A DNA stretch of 63,988 bases, counting the filler, from Candidatus Woesearchaeota archaeon (GTDB lineage Archaea > Nanobdellota > Nanobdellia > Woesearchaeales > CAZJJJ01), in NCBI GenBank assembly GCA_046538795.1. It is 6 parts of 6 records of this genome, joined end to end, with 100 filler letters (N's around TTAATTAATTAA, not from the genome) between each part and the next. Parts side by side here need not be neighbours in the genome. Positions count along the whole stretch, not along the records: positions 58,289 to 63,988 come from JBKHIF010000079.1; 5 more parts are not named here. The stretch is one strand, 5' to 3'. Shown one piece after another: positions 60,108 through 63,988 of the stretch (within the stretch, counting starts at the first letter, position 1; each line of letters begins with the position of its first letter). Below the pieces are notes generated by a model that was not told the DNA's origin, did no database searches, and saw nothing but the letters and a program-made list of their open reading frames with translations. Position numbers and translations under genes: made by a program.

Positions 60108-60677
60108 ATGATAGTATTGTCAAAAGAAGAGTTTTTGCTCAAAAGGGATCTGTATAGAAAAATGATTGAGGATGGTGCTGTGTTTATCCATCCTACAGAT
60201 ACAATTTACGGATTAGGTTGTGATGCAAGAAACAGTGAAGCTATAAAAAAGATAAGAGATATCAAAAATAGGAAAGATCAGCCTTTATCTGTCATTGTAC
60301 CTTCAAAAGACTGGATACTTGAAAATTGCCTTACGACAGGAGAGATCGCTGATTCCCTTGATAAGCTTCCCGGAGCATATACATTCTTATTGAATATAGA
60401 TAAAAAATTGGCTGTTTCTGAAAATGTAAACCCAAATGAAGATTCAATCGGTGTCAGAATTCCGGATAACTGGTTTTCAAAAGAAGTTGAATTTTTTGGT
60501 TTTCCTGTAATTTCGACAAGCGTGAATAAACAGGGAAATGAATTTATGACATCAATAGATGATCTTGATCCTGAGATAAAGGGTCTTGTTGATTTTATCA
60601 TATATGAAGGAGAGAAGAAGGGTAATTCCTCACACATAATTGATTATAGGTTTGAAGATCTTGAAGAGGAGAAGTGA
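60108..60677 (+). CDS. Threonylcarbamoyl-AMP synthase (TsaC/Sua5 YrdC domain)
   Basis: PTDTIYGLGC, K.R, PG.YT, STSVN. Confidence 0.9.
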   Translation: MIVLSKEEFLLKRDLYRKMIEDGAVFIHPTDTIYGLGCDARNSEAIKKIRDIKNRKDQPLSVIVPSKDWILENCLTTGEIADSLDKLPGAYTFLLNIDKKLAVSENVNPNEDSIGVRIPDNWFSKEVEFFGFPVISTSVNKQGNEFMTSIDDLDPEIKGLVDFIIYEGEKKGNSSHIIDYRFEDLEEEK

Positions 60678-61285
60678 TTACAATGAAAATTCTTGCAGCA
60701 GGAGATTTGCATGGAGATAGCTTGCTTTCAGAAAATTTAGCAAAGCGGTCTGAAAACGAGAATGTTGATCTTGTAATCCTTTGTGGAGATATTTCAGGAA
60801 ATAATGAAGATACTACTAATATGATAGGTCCTTTTGTGAAAAAAGGAAAAAAGGTCTTGTTGGTTTCTGGAAATCACGAGACTTTTGCAACAGCTGATTT
60901 TCTTTCAGAAGTATATAATATTACCAACCTTCATGGTTATTCTGTAAAGTACAAGGATATTGGGCTTTTTGGATGTGGGGGCGCAAATATAGGTCTTGAA
61001 GCCTTGAAAGAAGAAGAAATTTTTGATGTTCTGAAAACAGGATTTGGAAAAGTCAAGAATCTTGGAAAGAAGATCATGGTGACTCATGTCCATCCATCTG
61101 GTTCAAAGATGGAGCGTTTTTCCAGTTTTGTTCCTGGAAGCTCTGGACTTAAAAAAGCAATCGATGAATTCCAGCCTGATTTTCTTCTTTGCAGCCATGT
61201 GCATGAAGCAGAAGGAATAGAAGAAAAAATAGGAAAAACAACTGTTCTTAATGTTGGAAGAAAGGGAAAGATAATCAATCTTTGA
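60674..61285 (+). CDS. Metallophosphoesterase
   Basis: GDLHG, CGD, GNHE, THVHP, SHVHE. Confidence 0.9.
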   Translation: MITMKILAAGDLHGDSLLSENLAKRSENENVDLVILCGDISGNNEDTTNMIGPFVKKGKKVLLVSGNHETFATADFLSEVYNITNLHGYSVKYKDIGLFGCGGANIGLEALKEEEIFDVLKTGFGKVKNLGKKIMVTHVHPSGSKMERFSSFVPGSSGLKKAIDEFQPDFLLCSHVHEAEGIEEKIGKTTVLNVGRKGKIINL

Positions 61286-61290
61286 AATGA

Positions 61291-62739
61291 CTAGCCCTTT
61301 ATTACTCCTATAGGTTTAAGTCTTGCAACAAGTTTTGCAAGTCCTGCCTTATCACTTACCTTTACCACTTCATCAACATCTTTGTAGACCTGTGGTGCTT
61401 CTTCAGATATTCCTTTTAAACTTCTTGCTTTAAGATGGATATTATTTTTTGCAAGATCATCTTTTATCTTTTCTGCGTTGAAACTTTTTATGGCCTTGAA
61501 TCTTGACATTACCCGTCCTGCTCCGTGAGCAGTTGAACCAAAGGAAATCTTCATAGATTCTTCTGTTCCAACAAGTACATACGATGATGTTCCCATGCTT
61601 CCTGGGATTAAGACTGGTTGTCCGTAATCCTTGTATACTTCAGGGATATCTTCATGTCCTTTAGGAAATGCTCTTGTCGCTCCTTTCCTATGTACGATAA
61701 GCTTTTTTTTCTTTCCGGAAACATGATGCTCTTCGATCTTAGCGATATTATGTGCAACATCATACACTGTCTTTATATCTTCATCTTTTAGGTTGAACAC
61801 TTCTTTGAACGCTTTTCTTACATTGTGTGCTATGATGTGCCTGTTTGTCCACGCAAAATTTGCTGCTGCTGCCATCGCAGAAAGATAATCATTAAAGATA
61901 TCACTTCCTGAAGGCGCATAAACAAGATCTTTTTCAGGGAGTTTTTCTATTAGATCAGGATATGTTTCTTCCATACGTTTTATGTAATCAGAGCAGACCT
62001 GATGTCCTAGTCCTCTTGAACCGCAATGTATCATTGCTGTAACATCTCCTGTTTTTTTCAGATTGAAATTTTTCGAAGTTTCTTCATCATAAATTTCATC
62101 GATGAACTGTATTTCAAGAAAATGATTTCCAGCACCAAGTGTTCCAAGCTGTTTTCGTCCTCTTGCTTTTGCTCTTGGAGTTATTTTTGAAGGATCTGCA
62201 CCTTTCATTGCACCATTTTCTTCGCAATGTACTAAATCATCTTCATTACCATAACCATTTTCAACAGCCCACCTTGCGCCTTTTTTCAAAACTTCGTCTG
62301 TTTCTTCATCACTTAAGCGAATGTCTGATTCTTTTCCTACACCACAAGGCACATATTCAAATATTTTTTCAAGAAGTTCATCTATTTTTTTTTCAACATC
62401 TTCTTTTTTTATATTTATTGAAAGAAGCCTAACACCACAATTTATATCAAAACCAATACCGCCTGGAGAAATACAACCATTATTGTAATCAATCCCTGCA
62501 ACGCCGCCTATGCTGAAACCATAACCCTGGTGTGCATCAGGCATCATTATTGAAGCACTGCAAATTCCTGGCAAAGAAGAAACATTTATTCCTTGTTGTA
62601 TAGATTTGTCGTTTTTTATTGCATCCATTATCTTTTTGTTTGCAAATATTTTTACAGGAACATTCATGTTTCCTTTCTTTTTTATCTTATATTCATAATC
62701 TGAAACTTTTATGATTTCTTTATCTGTCATCTTGTTCAC
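61291..62739 (-). CDS. rtcB: tRNA-splicing ligase RtcB
   Basis: PDAHQGYG, DINCG, GNHFLE, HRKGAT, HGAGR. Confidence 0.96.
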   Translation of the reverse strand: MNKMTDKEIIKVSDYEYKIKKKGNMNVPVKIFANKKIMDAIKNDKSIQQGINVSSLPGICSASIMMPDAHQGYGFSIGGVAGIDYNNGCISPGGIGFDINCGVRLLSINIKKEDVEKKIDELLEKIFEYVPCGVGKESDIRLSDEETDEVLKKGARWAVENGYGNEDDLVHCEENGAMKGADPSKITPRAKARGRKQLGTLGAGNHFLEIQFIDEIYDEETSKNFNLKKTGDVTAMIHCGSRGLGHQVCSDYIKRMEETYPDLIEKLPEKDLVYAPSGSDIFNDYLSAMAAAANFAWTNRHIIAHNVRKAFKEVFNLKDEDIKTVYDVAHNIAKIEEHHVSGKKKKLIVHRKGATRAFPKGHEDIPEVYKDYGQPVLIPGSMGTSSYVLVGTEESMKISFGSTAHGAGRVMSRFKAIKSFNAEKIKDDLAKNNIHLKARSLKGISEEAPQVYKDVDEVVKVSDKAGLAKLVARLKPIGVIKG

Positions 62740-62760
62740 CTTGATTGTGATTTGATCAAG

Positions 62761-63213
62761 TTATACATCAACAACAATGTCTGCGGTATAACCAGATCTT
62801 TTTTTTTCAATCTTCATTTCATGTCTTGTTATGGATTTTATATCTCCAGAAAAGTCATAATTACCAGCTTTGTCTCCAAGTATGTTTGCTTCAAGCCGAA
62901 ATTTGCTATTTTCTTTTTGTTCATCTGTTTCTTCTATAATCCTTACAAAATTCACTCTTGAAAGTATGAAATTTTCAGTATCCATAAGAAAGATATATTC
63001 TTCTAGAAAATCATAAAGGAGTATCTCTATCTTTGGAGCTTCTTTCATGATTGTTTTTTCTTCTTTTTCTTTTACTTCAGAAGGGTTTATTAAAACTTCT
63101 GCCTGAGCCAAAAGACAGTTTGTGAAAAGTTCGTTTAGATCATTTCCATATGCCCTGAATTTGATGTCAGCAGTATGGCTTAAGAATTCATATGAACCTT
63201 TTTTTGACTTCAT
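62761..63213 (-). CDS. Archease
   Basis: HTAD, IKSIT.H, terminal VDV; adjacent to rtcB. Confidence 0.92.
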   Translation of the reverse strand: MKSKKGSYEFLSHTADIKFRAYGNDLNELFTNCLLAQAEVLINPSEVKEKEEKTIMKEAPKIEILLYDFLEEYIFLMDTENFILSRVNFVRIIEETDEQKENSKFRLEANILGDKAGNYDFSGDIKSITRHEMKIEKKRSGYTADIVVDV

Positions 63214-63318
63214 TTTTGAATTTAATCATGTTTTCTATAAAAAGGTTGTTTTTGAATGAGCTTTTTTTTAGTTATGAGATAAACTTTAAATATAGTCCCT
63301 AAAATCTAAGTTTTCAAG

Positions 63319-63927
63319 ATGAAATTCCTTGCATTTGTAGATCTTCATGGATGGTATAACATAATAGATGAACTTCATAAGAAAGTGGATGAAAACAAGA
63401 TAGATGTTCTTCTTTGCTCAGGCGATATAACTGTTTTTGGTAGAGAAATCAATCTTGTCTTAAAAAGGCTTAATGAGATAGGATGCAAGATTGTAATGAT
63501 ACATGGAAACCACGAGGATCCTACTGAGATGGGAGACAAGTGCGAGAAATATGAGAATCTGGTCTTTATACATAAATCATCTTATTCTGTTGATAATTAC
63601 ATATTTTTTGGTTTTGGCGGAGATGGTTTTAGCAAACGTGATGAGGATTTCAAGAGAGTTTCGAAGATGTTTGAAAAAGACTATAATTCAACTAAAGAAG
63701 ATGATACTAAACTTATTGTTCTACTCCATGGTCCGCCCTTTGGCACAAAACTCGATTTAGTTGGAGAAAATCATGTAGGAAATAAGGATTATAGTGATTT
63801 TATAAAAAGTATAAAACCTAATCTTGTTGTGTGCGGTCACATACATGAGAATTCTGAGAAAAAGGATAAGATTGGAGATTCTATTGTTGTAAATCCTGGG
63901 AATAAGGGTATGATATTTGATATATGA
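63319..63927 (+). CDS. Metallophosphoesterase
   Basis: DLHG, SGD, GNHE, HGPP, GHIHE, NPG. Confidence 0.9.
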   Translation: MKFLAFVDLHGWYNIIDELHKKVDENKIDVLLCSGDITVFGREINLVLKRLNEIGCKIVMIHGNHEDPTEMGDKCEKYENLVFIHKSSYSVDNYIFFGFGGDGFSKRDEDFKRVSKMFEKDYNSTKEDDTKLIVLLHGPPFGTKLDLVGENHVGNKDYSDFIKSIKPNLVVCGHIHENSEKKDKIGDSIVVNPGNKGMIFDI

Positions 63928-63988
63928 ATTATTGAAAATTTATTTCATAATATTTCTTTTGATCAAATGATCCTGCTCCCTCAAGCAT

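Overview
AT-rich archaeal genome fragment made of six contigs joined by 100-nt N spacers carrying TTAATTAATTAA (7476-7575, 36207-36306, 43580-43679, 50903-51002, 58189-58288). Archaeal markers are SRP54, S19e/L39e/L31e, Nop5-fibrillarin, archaeal DnaG, aCPSF1, RtcB-archease and a BHB-intron tRNA. Several genes are bacterial-type (ThrRS, MetK, CysE), a mix that suggests a DPANN, Woesearchaeota-like organism (inference). The standout is a tandem pair of full-length bacterial RpoD-like sigma-70 factors (regions 1.2-4) between archaeal SRP54 and ThrRS on one contig, although archaea initiate transcription with TBP/TFB. Also notable: an H/ACA guide RNA whose pocket matches 23S helix 69, a strongly paired leader before dnaG, a modular family of intergenic hairpin repeats (8 copies) with inverting loops, and tRNA genes flanked by duplicated tRNA fragments interrupted by similar hairpins. 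Smaller oddities are S19e reading through rpl39e, a frameshifted ferredoxin and a CC1-like chromatin protein. All calls are from reading the sequence; no database searches were run.
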